Part shown: positions 37,496 to 46,605 of the stretch, one piece after another | Layout of the letters: each line of letters starts with the position of its first letter | Numbering within the stretch: the first letter of the stretch is position 1 | DNA from: an uncultured delta proteobacterium | GTDB lineage: Bacteria > Desulfobacterota > Binatia > Binatales > Binataceae | Length of the DNA stretch: 64,000 bases | Assembly: GCA_963815835.1 (NCBI GenBank) | Contig: CAWFIF010000001.1 | Location: 2,372,311 to 2,436,310 of the forward strand | Reading direction: 5' to 3' | Made by a program: the position numbers and the translations under genes | Notes under the pieces: model-generated | The model's input: only the letters and a program-made list of their open reading frames with translations | What the model was told of the DNA's origin: nothing | Databases searched by the model: none

Positions 37496-38722
37496 ATGCC
37501 TTCTTCAATCAAATGCGACGTGCTCATCGCGGGCGCCGGTCCCGCAGGATTGGCGACCGCGCTGTATCTGCTCCGCACGCATCCCGAGCTCAAGGGACGC
37601 GTAGTCGCGATTGAGAAGGCGCGTCATCCGCGGCCCAAAACCTGCGCCGGCGGACTGATTCCCAAAACCATGCTCGCGCTCAAGGAACTCGGCCTCGAGC
37701 TGGAGGTTCCCGCGATCGAGGTGATGCGCGGCACCGCGCGCACCGAGATTGGCGAGGTCGAGATGTTCCGCGGCGATCCGCTATGCACTGTGATCCGGCG
37801 CGATCAATTCGACGCGCGGCTGGCGCGCGCCGCGAAAGAGGCGGGCCTCGAGATCTTCGATAACTGCCGGGTGTGCGAGGTGGAGCAATCCGGCGGCTCG
37901 GTGCGCGTGCGGACCGAGCGCGCCACCTTCGAGACCCCGGTCCTGGTCGGCGCCGATGGCTCCGGAAGCCGGGTGCGCGCGTCGGTATTCGGCCGTGGCA
38001 AGAACAGCATCGGTCGCGCGCTGATGATCGACATTCCGGTTGATCCGGAGCGGACGCGCGAGTTCGTCGAGCAGCGCTACCGCTTCGATTTCAAATGCGT
38101 CACCGCCGGCATCAGCGGGTATGCGTGGTCGTTTCCATGCCTGATCGACAACCGGCCCCATCTCAACGTCGGGATCTACGATCAGCATCCGGCGCACAAT
38201 GGATCGGCGGTAAAATCGTCGCTGCCGGACCGGCTGCGCGAGGCGTTTCCCGAAATGCCTCTCGACGGCTTTGAGAATCGCGCGATGAACTTCAAAGCGT
38301 TTCCGATTCGCTGGTTCAACCCACGCGATCGCTTCGTGAACGATCGCGTGATGCTCGCCGGCGATGCCGCCGGCGTCGATCCGCTGATGGGGGAGGGGAT
38401 TTCATGCGCATTCGAGCACGGCAAGCTCGCGGCCCACTACATCGGCGAGTTGCTTGCCGGCGATCGCACAGCGCTCTCGAAATATGACACGGCGCTGCAC
38501 ACCGGCGCGGTCGGCAAGAAGTTGGGCAAGCTCGCGTTCGCGGCGCGCCACTTTTACGGCCCTCGGCATCGCCTGTATTTCAAACTCGCGGGCCTCAGCC
38601 GCAAGGCGCAAGCGGTCGGCGTCGATTGGTACAACGGCGCGGAGAACTTCGACGAGCTGCCGGTGCGCGCGCTAGTCGGCAAGTGGATGCGCGCGATGCT
38701 GTTCGATCCTCCGGTAAGATAG
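37496..38722 (+). CDS. FAD-dependent oxidoreductase, geranylgeranyl reductase family
   Basis: DVLIAGAGPAGLATA Rossmann motif, GGLIP, and LVGADGSGSRVR, typical of geranylgeranyl-reductase-like flavoproteins. Confidence 0.8.
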   Translation: MPSSIKCDVLIAGAGPAGLATALYLLRTHPELKGRVVAIEKARHPRPKTCAGGLIPKTMLALKELGLELEVPAIEVMRGTARTEIGEVEMFRGDPLCTVIRRDQFDARLARAAKEAGLEIFDNCRVCEVEQSGGSVRVRTERATFETPVLVGADGSGSRVRASVFGRGKNSIGRALMIDIPVDPERTREFVEQRYRFDFKCVTAGISGYAWSFPCLIDNRPHLNVGIYDQHPAHNGSAVKSSLPDRLREAFPEMPLDGFENRAMNFKAFPIRWFNPRDRFVNDRVMLAGDAAGVDPLMGEGISCAFEHGKLAAHYIGELLAGDRTALSKYDTALHTGAVGKKLGKLAFAARHFYGPRHRLYFKLAGLSRKAQAVGVDWYNGAENFDELPVRALVGKWMRAMLFDPPVR

Positions 38723-38726
38723 AGCA

Positions 38727-39032
38727 ATGGCGAAGCGGCGCAGACGAAAACGCGGCAAGGCCGGATGGTTGATGATCGTTGCGATCGCGCTATTGATCGC
38801 GGGCTTCATGGCGCGCCGCCTGATGATGCCGGGTGCGGCGCGCTATCTGACTCACAGCGCGCCGGAGTATCCGGCCGCGGCGCCGCAGTCCGATGGAGCG
38901 GACTCCGGTAGATCGGACTCGGACAACGCGCCGGGCGCGCACTCCAATGACAACGGTTCCGGCGAGCATCTGAGCGACAGCGATCGGCGCGCGCTCGACG
39001 AGGTCATCCGGCGCAAGACAGGCGGCCATTAG
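38727..39032 (+). CDS. hypothetical membrane-anchored protein
   Basis: 101 aa. Basic N-terminus, one TM helix, and a Ser/Asp-rich tail. Confidence 0.35.
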   Translation: MAKRRRRKRGKAGWLMIVAIALLIAGFMARRLMMPGAARYLTHSAPEYPAAAPQSDGADSGRSDSDNAPGAHSNDNGSGEHLSDSDRRALDEVIRRKTGGH

Positions 39033-39070
39033 CAGGGGGCCTGCTCGTTCAGGCATAATGCGGCGAACCG

Positions 39071-39934
39071 ATGGCGGCGCCAATGAATATCGCTCCAGTC
39101 AACATCACCGATGATCTGGGTTTCCGCCTCGAACTGAAATCGCCGCCGCGCCGCATCATCTCGCTGGTGCCGAGCTGGACCGAGACGCTGTTCGCGATGG
39201 GGCTTGGCAACGAAGTCGTTGGCATAACCAAATTTTGCGTCGAGCCGGCCGACGCGGTCGCATCGATCCAGAAAATCGGCGGCACCAAGAATCCCGACCT
39301 GCGCACGATCGCGAAACTGGAACCGGATTTCGTCATCGCCAACGCCGAGGAGAATCGGCGCGAGGACGTCGAGAAAATCCGCGAGCAGGGCGTCGCGGTC
39401 TTCACCACCTATCCGAAAACCATTCCCGGCGCGGTCGAATCGATCCTCAAGCTCGGTACCGCGCTGGCCAGGGAGAGCGAGGCCAACGCGATGGCGCGTG
39501 AGATCGTGCGCAACGTCAGCGGTATCGAAGCCAGCGTCGGCGTGTGGTCGAAACTGCCGTTCCGCGTGTTCTGCCCGATCTGGAAAAATCCCTGGATGGC
39601 GTTCAACGCCGACACCTACGCGCACGACGTTCTGCGAATGCTCGGCTTCAACAACATCTTCGCGTCGGCCGGCGAGCGCTACCCAACCACCACGCTGGCT
39701 GAGGCGATTGAGCGCAAGCCCGATATCGTGCTGCTGCCCGATGAGCCGTACGAATTCAAGGACCGCGACGTCGAAGAACTGAAGAAACTGCTGCCCGCCC
39801 CGCTCGCGCGTCGCGTGATGATTGTCAGCGGCCGCGACTTACATTGGTACGGCGTGCATATGGTGAAAGGGCTGACGACGCTGGCGTCGAAGCTGGCTCG
39901 CCTGCGCGCCGCGCTGCAGATTCCGTTGACGTGA
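39071..39934 (+). CDS. ABC transporter substrate-binding protein (BtuF/TroA-like, class III periplasmic binding protein fold)
   Basis: 287 aa. Motifs RIISLVPSWTETLFAMGL and DIVLLPDEPYEF are typical of cobalamin/siderophore-type binding proteins. Confidence 0.7.
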   Translation: MAAPMNIAPVNITDDLGFRLELKSPPRRIISLVPSWTETLFAMGLGNEVVGITKFCVEPADAVASIQKIGGTKNPDLRTIAKLEPDFVIANAEENRREDVEKIREQGVAVFTTYPKTIPGAVESILKLGTALARESEANAMAREIVRNVSGIEASVGVWSKLPFRVFCPIWKNPWMAFNADTYAHDVLRMLGFNNIFASAGERYPTTTLAEAIERKPDIVLLPDEPYEFKDRDVEELKKLLPAPLARRVMIVSGRDLHWYGVHMVKGLTTLASKLARLRAALQIPLT

Positions 39935-39948
39935 TTCATTCGCTTCGC

Positions 39949-39991
39949 CCTCTCCCGCGGCTGAGCTTGCGAAGCCGCACGCTGGGAGAGG
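39949..39991. other. nested GC-rich stem-loop (CCTCTCCC...GGGAGAGG with inner GCGGCT...AGCCGC)
   Basis: Lies 15 bp after the binding-protein stop. May act as a terminator, or as the subterminal end of the IS110 element. Confidence 0.4.
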
Positions 39992-40402
39992 TCGATGCGC
40001 GACACGTTTTGCGTGTGGCGCATCGCGTGAGGGCCGGAGGGCGTCCTCGCCCGACGGCGGCGGAGAGTCACGACGTCTGCGTGCGCGCAAAGCGGAAAAT
40101 CAGGATACGCGGTACTCCGGCATCGCCGCGCCCCACCCTCACCCGGGCGGCACAATTTTCGCCAATCCGGAGAGCGAAAATTGCGCCAGCCTCCCTTGTA
40201 TGTTGAGCGGGGAAGGAACTTGACCCAAGATGCGGTAGGGCGCGGTAGATCGTCGCCACCCGAGGTTGCTCAACCTGTGAGAGAGCAGGATCGCCGCGCT
40301 ACTACTAACACGGTTCAAACTCCGAACAGTCGCTGGGGCCGCAGTAGCGAGCCCGGATCGCGCAAGGCAGGAGTGGGATCGTCGCCAAGGCGGGTCACCG
40401 TT

Positions 40403-41344
40403 ATGGATTACGGCAAGCTGGTAGTAGGTATCGATGTGGCCAAGAACAACCTGGAAGTGGCCATCGAGAATGAGAACTTCACCGTCGGCAATGACGAGGA
40501 AGGCGTGCAACAACTGCTCGCGCGACTGTTGCCGCTCAAGCCCGAGTTGGTGGTGCTGGAGGCCTCGGGCGGTTACGAGCAGGCGGCCTGGCTCGCGTTG
40601 TTCGCGGCCGGGATCAAGGTCGCACGCATCAATCCGCGCGATGCTTACCACTTTGCGCAGGCCTCCCGGCAGTTGGCCAAGACCGATCGGCTCGACGCGC
40701 AGGGCCTGCGCCGCTTCGGCGAGCAGCTTAGACCCGCACCGACTCCGGCACCCAGCGACGCGGACCAGGAACTGCAGGAGTTGGTGCGCCGTCGCCAGCA
40801 AGTGGTCACCATCATCACCGCGGAGCGCAATCGCCAGCAGCAAACCCGCAACCCCACCATTCGCAAAAGCATCCAACGCATCCTCCGCAACCTGGAGCGA
40901 GAGAAAGGCGCCATTGAGCATGCGATTGAACAAAAGCTCGAGCAGCAGTCTTCCAAACGCGTCGCGTTGCTGGAGAGCATGCCGGGGGTCGGGCGCGTCA
41001 CCAGCGCGATTGTGATCGCGCGCTTGCCCGAATTGGGAACCCTTAGCGCGCGCGAAGTGGCCGCACTGGTCGGAGTGGCGCCGTTCACCCGCCAGAGCGG
41101 CAAATGGCGCGGCCCAAGCCACATCTTTGGCGGCCGCGCGGACCTGCGCTGCGCGCTGTATATGGCCGCCCACAACGCGGTGCGATGCGCGGGACCGCTG
41201 CGCGACTTCTACCAACGCCTGCGCGCCGCGGGCAAACCGCGTCCCCAGGCGCTGACCGCCTGCATCCGCAAACTCATTGTCATCCTCAATGCGATGGTCA
41301 AGCACAACTCGCACTGGAGTCCGCCATGTCCCACTCCCGCCTGA
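40403..41344 (+). CDS. IS110 family transposase
   Basis: Start at ATG 40403 (MDYGKLVVGIDVAK). DEDD motifs VVGIDVAK, LEASGGYE and TDRLDA, plus the C-terminal Transposase_20 domain (MPGVGRVTSA). Confidence 0.9.
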   Translation: MDYGKLVVGIDVAKNNLEVAIENENFTVGNDEEGVQQLLARLLPLKPELVVLEASGGYEQAAWLALFAAGIKVARINPRDAYHFAQASRQLAKTDRLDAQGLRRFGEQLRPAPTPAPSDADQELQELVRRRQQVVTIITAERNRQQQTRNPTIRKSIQRILRNLEREKGAIEHAIEQKLEQQSSKRVALLESMPGVGRVTSAIVIARLPELGTLSAREVAALVGVAPFTRQSGKWRGPSHIFGGRADLRCALYMAAHNAVRCAGPLRDFYQRLRAAGKPRPQALTACIRKLIVILNAMVKHNSHWSPPCPTPA

Positions 41345-41621
41345 ACCGCGCTCGATCTCAGCGCGGCGTCCACAAGTCCACAGGCGGGATACTTCCCACG
41401 ATCCCAGTGCCTGTGGACCCTGTGGACGCCACCTCGGCGGTTGACTTCGAACACAGTCGCTCTCTCCCTAGTGAGAGAGGGGACGCAGGCATCCGATCAG
41501 CCGGACTACTGCGTTTGCGCCTCGCGCTCAAACGATTTAACTATTCCTCGACACGATGCGTGTGGCACGGCCGCGCGTAGTGATGATCGCCTCGCGATCG
41601 AACCTCAAGGAGAAAATCAAA

Positions 41622-42825
41622 ATGCCATCCGCACAGCCGCTTAGCGGAATCAAAGTTCTGGATCTGACCAAACTCGCGCCGGGGCCGTTTTGCACGATGA
41701 TCCTCGGCGATCTGGGCGCCGAAATTATCAAGATCGAGGAGCCGGGACCTCCGACCGGACGGCGCGCGGCGCAGGCCGGCAACGCGCGCATCGCATCGAG
41801 CAATGCGGGATCGTCGCCGGGCAATGCGCTGATGCGCAACAAGAAATCGATCGGGCTTAACCTCAAGAGCGGGGCGGGCAAGGAAATTTATCTGCGCCTC
41901 GCGCAACGCGCTGATATCGTGGTCGAGGAGTATCGTCCGGGCGTCGCGAAACGGCTCGGTATCGATTACGACGTGCTCGGCCGGCGCAATCCCAAACTAA
42001 TCTATTGCGCAATCACCGGCTTCGGGCAGGACGGACCGTATCGCGACTTTGTCGGGCACGATCTCAACTACATCGCGACGGCGGGTGCGCTTTCGATTCT
42101 CGGGCGGCCCGGTCAGCCTCCGACGATTCCGCACAACCTCCTCGCGGATTACGCCGGCGGTGGAATGCATGGCGCGATCGGCGTCCTCGCGGCGCTGATG
42201 GCGCGCACGCAGACCGGGCGCGGCCAGTATGTTGAACATCTCGATGATGGATGGAACGATGGCGCTGCTGGCGCCGGCGTTCTCGACCTTCTTCGCGACC
42301 AATCAGCTTCCGCGCCGCGGCGAGAACCCCACTGACGGCGGCATTCCCAATTACAATGTCTACTTAACCAAGGACGACAAATACATCACGATCGGATCGA
42401 TGGAGCCGTGGTTCTTCGCCAACCTCTGCCGCACGCTCGGATGCGAGCAGTACATTCCGTATGAATTCGATTCATCGAAGCGCGAGGAGATCCGCCGCTA
42501 CTTCACCGAGCAGTTCAAGACCAGGACGCGCGACGAATGGTTCGAGATTATGACCAAGCTCGATATCTGCGTCGGCAAGATGTACACGCTGGACGAGGTG
42601 CCCAACGATCCGCAGGTGCTGGCGCGCAAGATGATCGTCGAGCTCGACACGCCCGAGGGCGGCAAGGTCAAGCAGGTCGGCATTTCGGTGAAGCTCTCGG
42701 AGACGCCGGGATCGATTCGCTCGCTGGCGCCGAAGCTGGGGCAGCATACCGATGAGATCCTGGGCGACCTCGGCTACGAGCAGGCGCAGATCGAGCGCTG
42801 GCGCGAAGAAGGATCGATCAAGTAG
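41622..42825 (+). pseudogene. family III CoA-transferase (CaiB/BaiF), single frameshift near 42233
   Basis: Start at ATG 41622 behind AAGGAG. The N-terminal part (KVLDLTKLAPGPFCTMILGDLGAEIIKIE) is in frame 0. The continuation (SMMDGTMALLAP...) lies in frame +1 from 42229. The sequence GTTGAACATCTCG carries an apparent extra A relative to the expected GTTGACATCTCG (V-D-I-S). Confidence 0.7.
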
Positions 42826-42856
42826 CTAAAATCGCCTCGACGTAGAGTGACCGCTG

Positions 42857-43585
42857 TCAGGAAGGAGACTTCCCCGCCAACGCCTCGACATGCTTGACGA
42901 GTTCGGGGCCGAAGTTGTCCAGCGCGTTGCGTTTGGCTTGCGCGATAGCGTCCTTCCGCTCGAGCAGCATCGTGGGACCTATCGAGTGGGATTCGCCTTC
43001 AGCTTCGACCGTAGCATAGAGATACGCATTGCCGACGTCCCACATCGCGCCGCGCAGCATCACAAGCGCGTCAAGATCGCTTCCTGGAACAATCCAGGCT
43101 CCTACGATGGTGAGATAAAGAACCGAAGCCGGATTAGCATATTGATCTGTGTCGTCTGCGCTTCGAATGATCAGTACGGCGTCGGCGCCCTGTTGAGCTG
43201 CCGCGAAGCGAATCGTCTTGAGGTCCTTCATTTCGAAGATGTCCGGAACGATGAACATCTGCGAAACGACACCGGCCTGCTTGAGTTGTTCTCCCCACGA
43301 CAGGATTTTTTGCTTGTCTTCTTCGCGCCAGGTGCCGTAGCATCGATCGCAGCCGCCCTCTCCCAGTTCGACCGCCAGCTTGAAGGGGAACTTCAGCTGA
43401 GGCTTACGCGCCATGGCGCTCTTGATGTCCTGGTCGGTCACCTGTTTGGGTTCCTCGACCAGACTCTGACTCATCTGTCCGCGGTCAAAACCGTGGGCGC
43501 CGCTGCAAGCCGCCAAAATGGCAGAGAGCGCTCCAAGTAAGAGTCGCCGGTCTCCTTCGCCTTGCGCCCGCCCCATTCTCCGCAT
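42857..43585 (-). CDS. hypothetical lipoprotein
   Basis: Start at the internal ATG 43585 (MRRMGRAQGEGDRRLLLGALSAILAACSG), which gives a lipobox LAAC. No recognisable domain. Confidence 0.55.
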   Translation of the reverse strand: MRRMGRAQGEGDRRLLLGALSAILAACSGAHGFDRGQMSQSLVEEPKQVTDQDIKSAMARKPQLKFPFKLAVELGEGGCDRCYGTWREEDKQKILSWGEQLKQAGVVSQMFIVPDIFEMKDLKTIRFAAAQQGADAVLIIRSADDTDQYANPASVLYLTIVGAWIVPGSDLDALVMLRGAMWDVGNAYLYATVEAEGESHSIGPTMLLERKDAIAQAKRNALDNFGPELVKHVEALAGKSPS

Positions 43586-43875
43586 GTCACAGCCCCCCTC
43601 GCATAAAAAACTCACCAAGGAGTTGATATCGAGCGGGGGCTGCGAGTCAACCGATCGCCGTTCAGGATAGGAAGCATCTGCCTTGGCAGCGACGACTACC
43701 GCAGAGGTATCGCTACCGAGAGTGGCCGATTGCGCCATGCTGCCGCGCGGAGGCGTCCTCACTCGCGTATCGGCCGATCGGAACCGTCGGTCAACGGTTC
43801 CACTCATTGAATCATCCGCGGGTCACTTCGTCTTATACCTGACAAGTCCCGCAACCCTGGTGGATCATACGAACC

Positions 43876-44622
43876 TTGAATACCACAATACCTCGCCCAG
43901 CAATTCGTCCGGTTAGCCGCATAGCCATCCCTGAGAGCTACCTGCCCGCCTCCAGGCAGCACCTGCTCGATCGCCTCAGGCGGCTGTCATGGCTTTCGCA
44001 GGAGCAGATCCGCGAGATCGCCAATGCGTCGCGGATGATCGAGGTCAAACGCGGCGGTAGCGTGTACGCGCAGGCGGAGAATGCCGACGTGGTTTATGTG
44101 ATCCTAGCCGGCATGGCCGCCTTAACGATGAATGACAACGGCCGGCGCGTGTTGGTGGGCGTGGTCGGTCCCGGCGATATCGTGGGAATCTCCGCGCTGC
44201 TCGCCAACGGCGCGCGTCCCTTTCGCTGCGAGGCGCTCACCGAGTGCAAGGTCGCGTCGCTTGCGGCGACGACGTTTCGCTCCCTGATGCTGAGCGAACC
44301 CGCGATCTTCGAGAAAGCGATGCAGGCGACTTTCGGGCGCTGGGAGCGCCTGCTGAGGCGCTACGCGCAGTTCATGCTGCTGAGCGCACGCGGACGTATC
44401 GCGCTGGCGCTGCTGGAACTCGCGGACCGCTTCGGGGTCAGCAACGATCGCGGGCGCCTGCTCCCCTTCATGGTCAGTCATGCGATGTTGGGTGCGATGG
44501 TAGGCGCATCGCGTCAGCACGTGACGATGCAGTTGGTGGAGTTCGAGCGCGAGCAGGCCGTCACGCGCGAAAACCGCCGCCTGGTGATTATTCCCGAGAA
44601 GCTGAAACTCGCGATGCAATAG
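43876..44622 (+). CDS. Crp/Fnr family transcriptional regulator
   Basis: cNMP-binding beta-barrel (GGSVYAQAENADVVYVILAG) and a C-terminal HTH (MLGAMVGASRQHVTMQLVEFE). Confidence 0.8.
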   Translation: MNTTIPRPAIRPVSRIAIPESYLPASRQHLLDRLRRLSWLSQEQIREIANASRMIEVKRGGSVYAQAENADVVYVILAGMAALTMNDNGRRVLVGVVGPGDIVGISALLANGARPFRCEALTECKVASLAATTFRSLMLSEPAIFEKAMQATFGRWERLLRRYAQFMLLSARGRIALALLELADRFGVSNDRGRLLPFMVSHAMLGAMVGASRQHVTMQLVEFEREQAVTRENRRLVIIPEKLKLAMQ

Positions 44623-44693
44623 AGGATTCGCCCCGTGCGTGTGTCTTGCGCGAAACGCCGCAACAGGCGACGATCGTACAGGAGGCATACGCA

Positions 44694-45095
44694 GTGGAAA
44701 CTCCGCTGTTCAAGAAAATCTTGTTCCCGGTCCAATTCGATCGAATCACGATTCCCGCGCTCGAAATGGTGACGCATCTGGTGCGCCAGGGCGATCGTTT
44801 TGTCTACCTGCTATGCGTCATTCCCGAAGACACTCCCGACGTTCGGCGGTTGGTCAACGATGCTTTGCGCGGCGTCGCGCACAACTGGCTGGAGGGAAAA
44901 ATTCCCCATCAGACGATCGTTCGCGTCGGGGACCCGGCGTCGGTGATCGTCAAGCTGGAAGAGGAGCTCGACGTGGACCTCGTGGTGATGGCGACCCACG
45001 GTCGCACCGGCGAGAAGTACGAGAAGCTGGGCAGCGTGACCGAGCGCGTGGTGCGCGGATCGACGCGACCGGTGCTCACCATCCGCCCGACCTAG
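44694..45095 (+). CDS. universal stress protein (UspA family)
   Basis: GTG start 44694, 8 nt after AGGAGG. C-terminal ATP motif VMATHGRTGEKYEKLGSVTERVV. Confidence 0.75.
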   Translation: METPLFKKILFPVQFDRITIPALEMVTHLVRQGDRFVYLLCVIPEDTPDVRRLVNDALRGVAHNWLEGKIPHQTIVRVGDPASVIVKLEEELDVDLVVMATHGRTGEKYEKLGSVTERVVRGSTRPVLTIRPT

Positions 45096-46066
45096 GGGCG
45101 GCGATTCTTGTCGAGCTGCGCCATCATGCCGAATAGATCGGCGATGTTCGCTGTCATCTTGCCGCCTGAGAACTCTCGATAAAGACTCGCGACGTTGATG
45201 ACGATTCGTTCCGCATCGCCCCACGACGAATAATCCGCGAGCGAGATATCGTTCGCCGCTTCCATGATCGACATGCCCGCGTCGTAGCGCTTGCGCGTCT
45301 GCGCCTCGAGGTACTCGAAGTAGCCCTTCATCGCGGCGACGCCCTTCTTGTCGGTGATCGGGCCGTGGCCGGGAACGACAGTCTCGACCTCGAGATCGAG
45401 CATCAGTTTGCATGCCTTGATCCAGTTGCCGATGGGTCCCGCCCAAATGATCGGATGGCCGTTGATGAAGAGGATGTCTCCCGTGAAGATGACGCGATCG
45501 GTGGGCACATACGCGAGGACGTCGCCGCGGGTGTGCGCCGGGCCAACCTCGATGAGCCGCACGGTTTTGTTGCCGACGCGGCGCTCTAGTTGACCCTGGA
45601 AGGTGGTCGTCGGCATCGGCATGTTGATGCCCTCGAAATCGAAGGGGGCGAAGATGCGCGCGAAGTAGGCGCCGGTCTCTCCCATCTGCGGCGCATTGCG
45701 CTTCATTTCGGCGAGGCGACCCGCGCCGCCGTCATGGCGCATCTCCTCATCGCACGCCTTCGAGGCGATGATCTCCGCGCCTTCGACCAGCTCGTTGCCG
45801 AAGCAATGATCTCCGTTGGAATGCGTGTTGACGAGGGTGGCGATCTTCGCGGTGGCGGCCGGCTCCGCGCGATGCATCGTGTCGAGCATCTCGCGGGTGA
45901 GCTTGAGGTCGAACAGCGTATCGACCAGCAGCGACTGTCCGCTATCGGCCACCAGGCCGGCGTTGCTCCATCCCCACGAGCCGTCGGGTTGGAGATACGC
46001 GTAGCATCCGTTGCCGAGATCCTGGAGACCTTTTTTGAATGGCCATCTGCTGGTGATCGGGTTCAT
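45092..46066 (-). CDS. MBL-fold metallo-hydrolase
   Basis: HxHxDH motif NTHSNGDHCFG and downstream His/Asp ligands. Confidence 0.85.
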   Translation of the reverse strand: MNPITSRWPFKKGLQDLGNGCYAYLQPDGSWGWSNAGLVADSGQSLLVDTLFDLKLTREMLDTMHRAEPAATAKIATLVNTHSNGDHCFGNELVEGAEIIASKACDEEMRHDGGAGRLAEMKRNAPQMGETGAYFARIFAPFDFEGINMPMPTTTFQGQLERRVGNKTVRLIEVGPAHTRGDVLAYVPTDRVIFTGDILFINGHPIIWAGPIGNWIKACKLMLDLEVETVVPGHGPITDKKGVAAMKGYFEYLEAQTRKRYDAGMSIMEAANDISLADYSSWGDAERIVINVASLYREFSGGKMTANIADLFGMMAQLDKNRRP

Positions 46067-46144
46067 ATTGATTCCCTCAAGGCGATCATTCGCATCGCCT
46101 TGAGGCTCAATGTGTCCCGCGTCGATCCAAATTGCAAAGGGTAA

Positions 46145-46459
46145 CTATGCTGACGCGACGACGGCGTCCGAAGGCTCGTTCTGGTTGAGCTCGATCTGAT
46201 CCGCCAGGCATCGGAGGATCCCCGCGAACTCCACGCTCTGGGTGGTTTCCGGGTCGCCGAAGGTTACCAGCGATCCTTCTTCCTCATGCATCGCGACGAT
46301 CCCGAGCAGCGTGAAGCCGCGCGCGCGCATCGCCGAAGAGAGCGAATGGAGCAGGACGTCTTCGTGTTGGTCGGCCGTGATCTCAAACTTGGAAAGCATT
46401 ACCGCGAACATAAGCCCCACCTCCTCAAAATTAAGCCCCCCGCCACTGTCAAGTTCCAT
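46145..46459 (-). CDS. hypothetical protein (104 aa)
   Basis: Start at the internal ATG (MELDSGGGLNFEEVGLMF...). Downstream of shc on the same strand. No confident domain. Confidence 0.4.
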   Translation of the reverse strand: MELDSGGGLNFEEVGLMFAVMLSKFEITADQHEDVLLHSLSSAMRARGFTLLGIVAMHEEEGSLVTFGDPETTQSVEFAGILRCLADQIELNQNEPSDAVVASA

Positions 46460-46605
46460 CGAAAGGCCTTTCCTCTCGCGAAACTGAGTATGATTTAACA
46501 CATTGTAGAGAATGACACCAGACCGACAGCAGTTTTTTACTACTGGCTGTGGATAAACGCGCCGTAGCGGACCCGGCCAACACACGCCTTCGCTCCGAAG
46601 CCGGC

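Larger units (their letters stand above)
39940..41490 (+). mobile_element. IS110-family insertion sequence (boundaries approximate)
   Basis: DEDD transposase gene with a long 5' leader. Candidate ends are marked by CTCTCCC/GGGAGAG-type hairpins at ~39949 and ~41461. The family typically lacks terminal inverted repeats. Confidence 0.4.

Noticed and set aside
46145-46585. Roadblock/LC7-like assignment for the small protein downstream of shc
   Set aside because: Only weak compositional resemblance (GFTLLGIVAMHEEEGSLVTF). Not enough to name the family.
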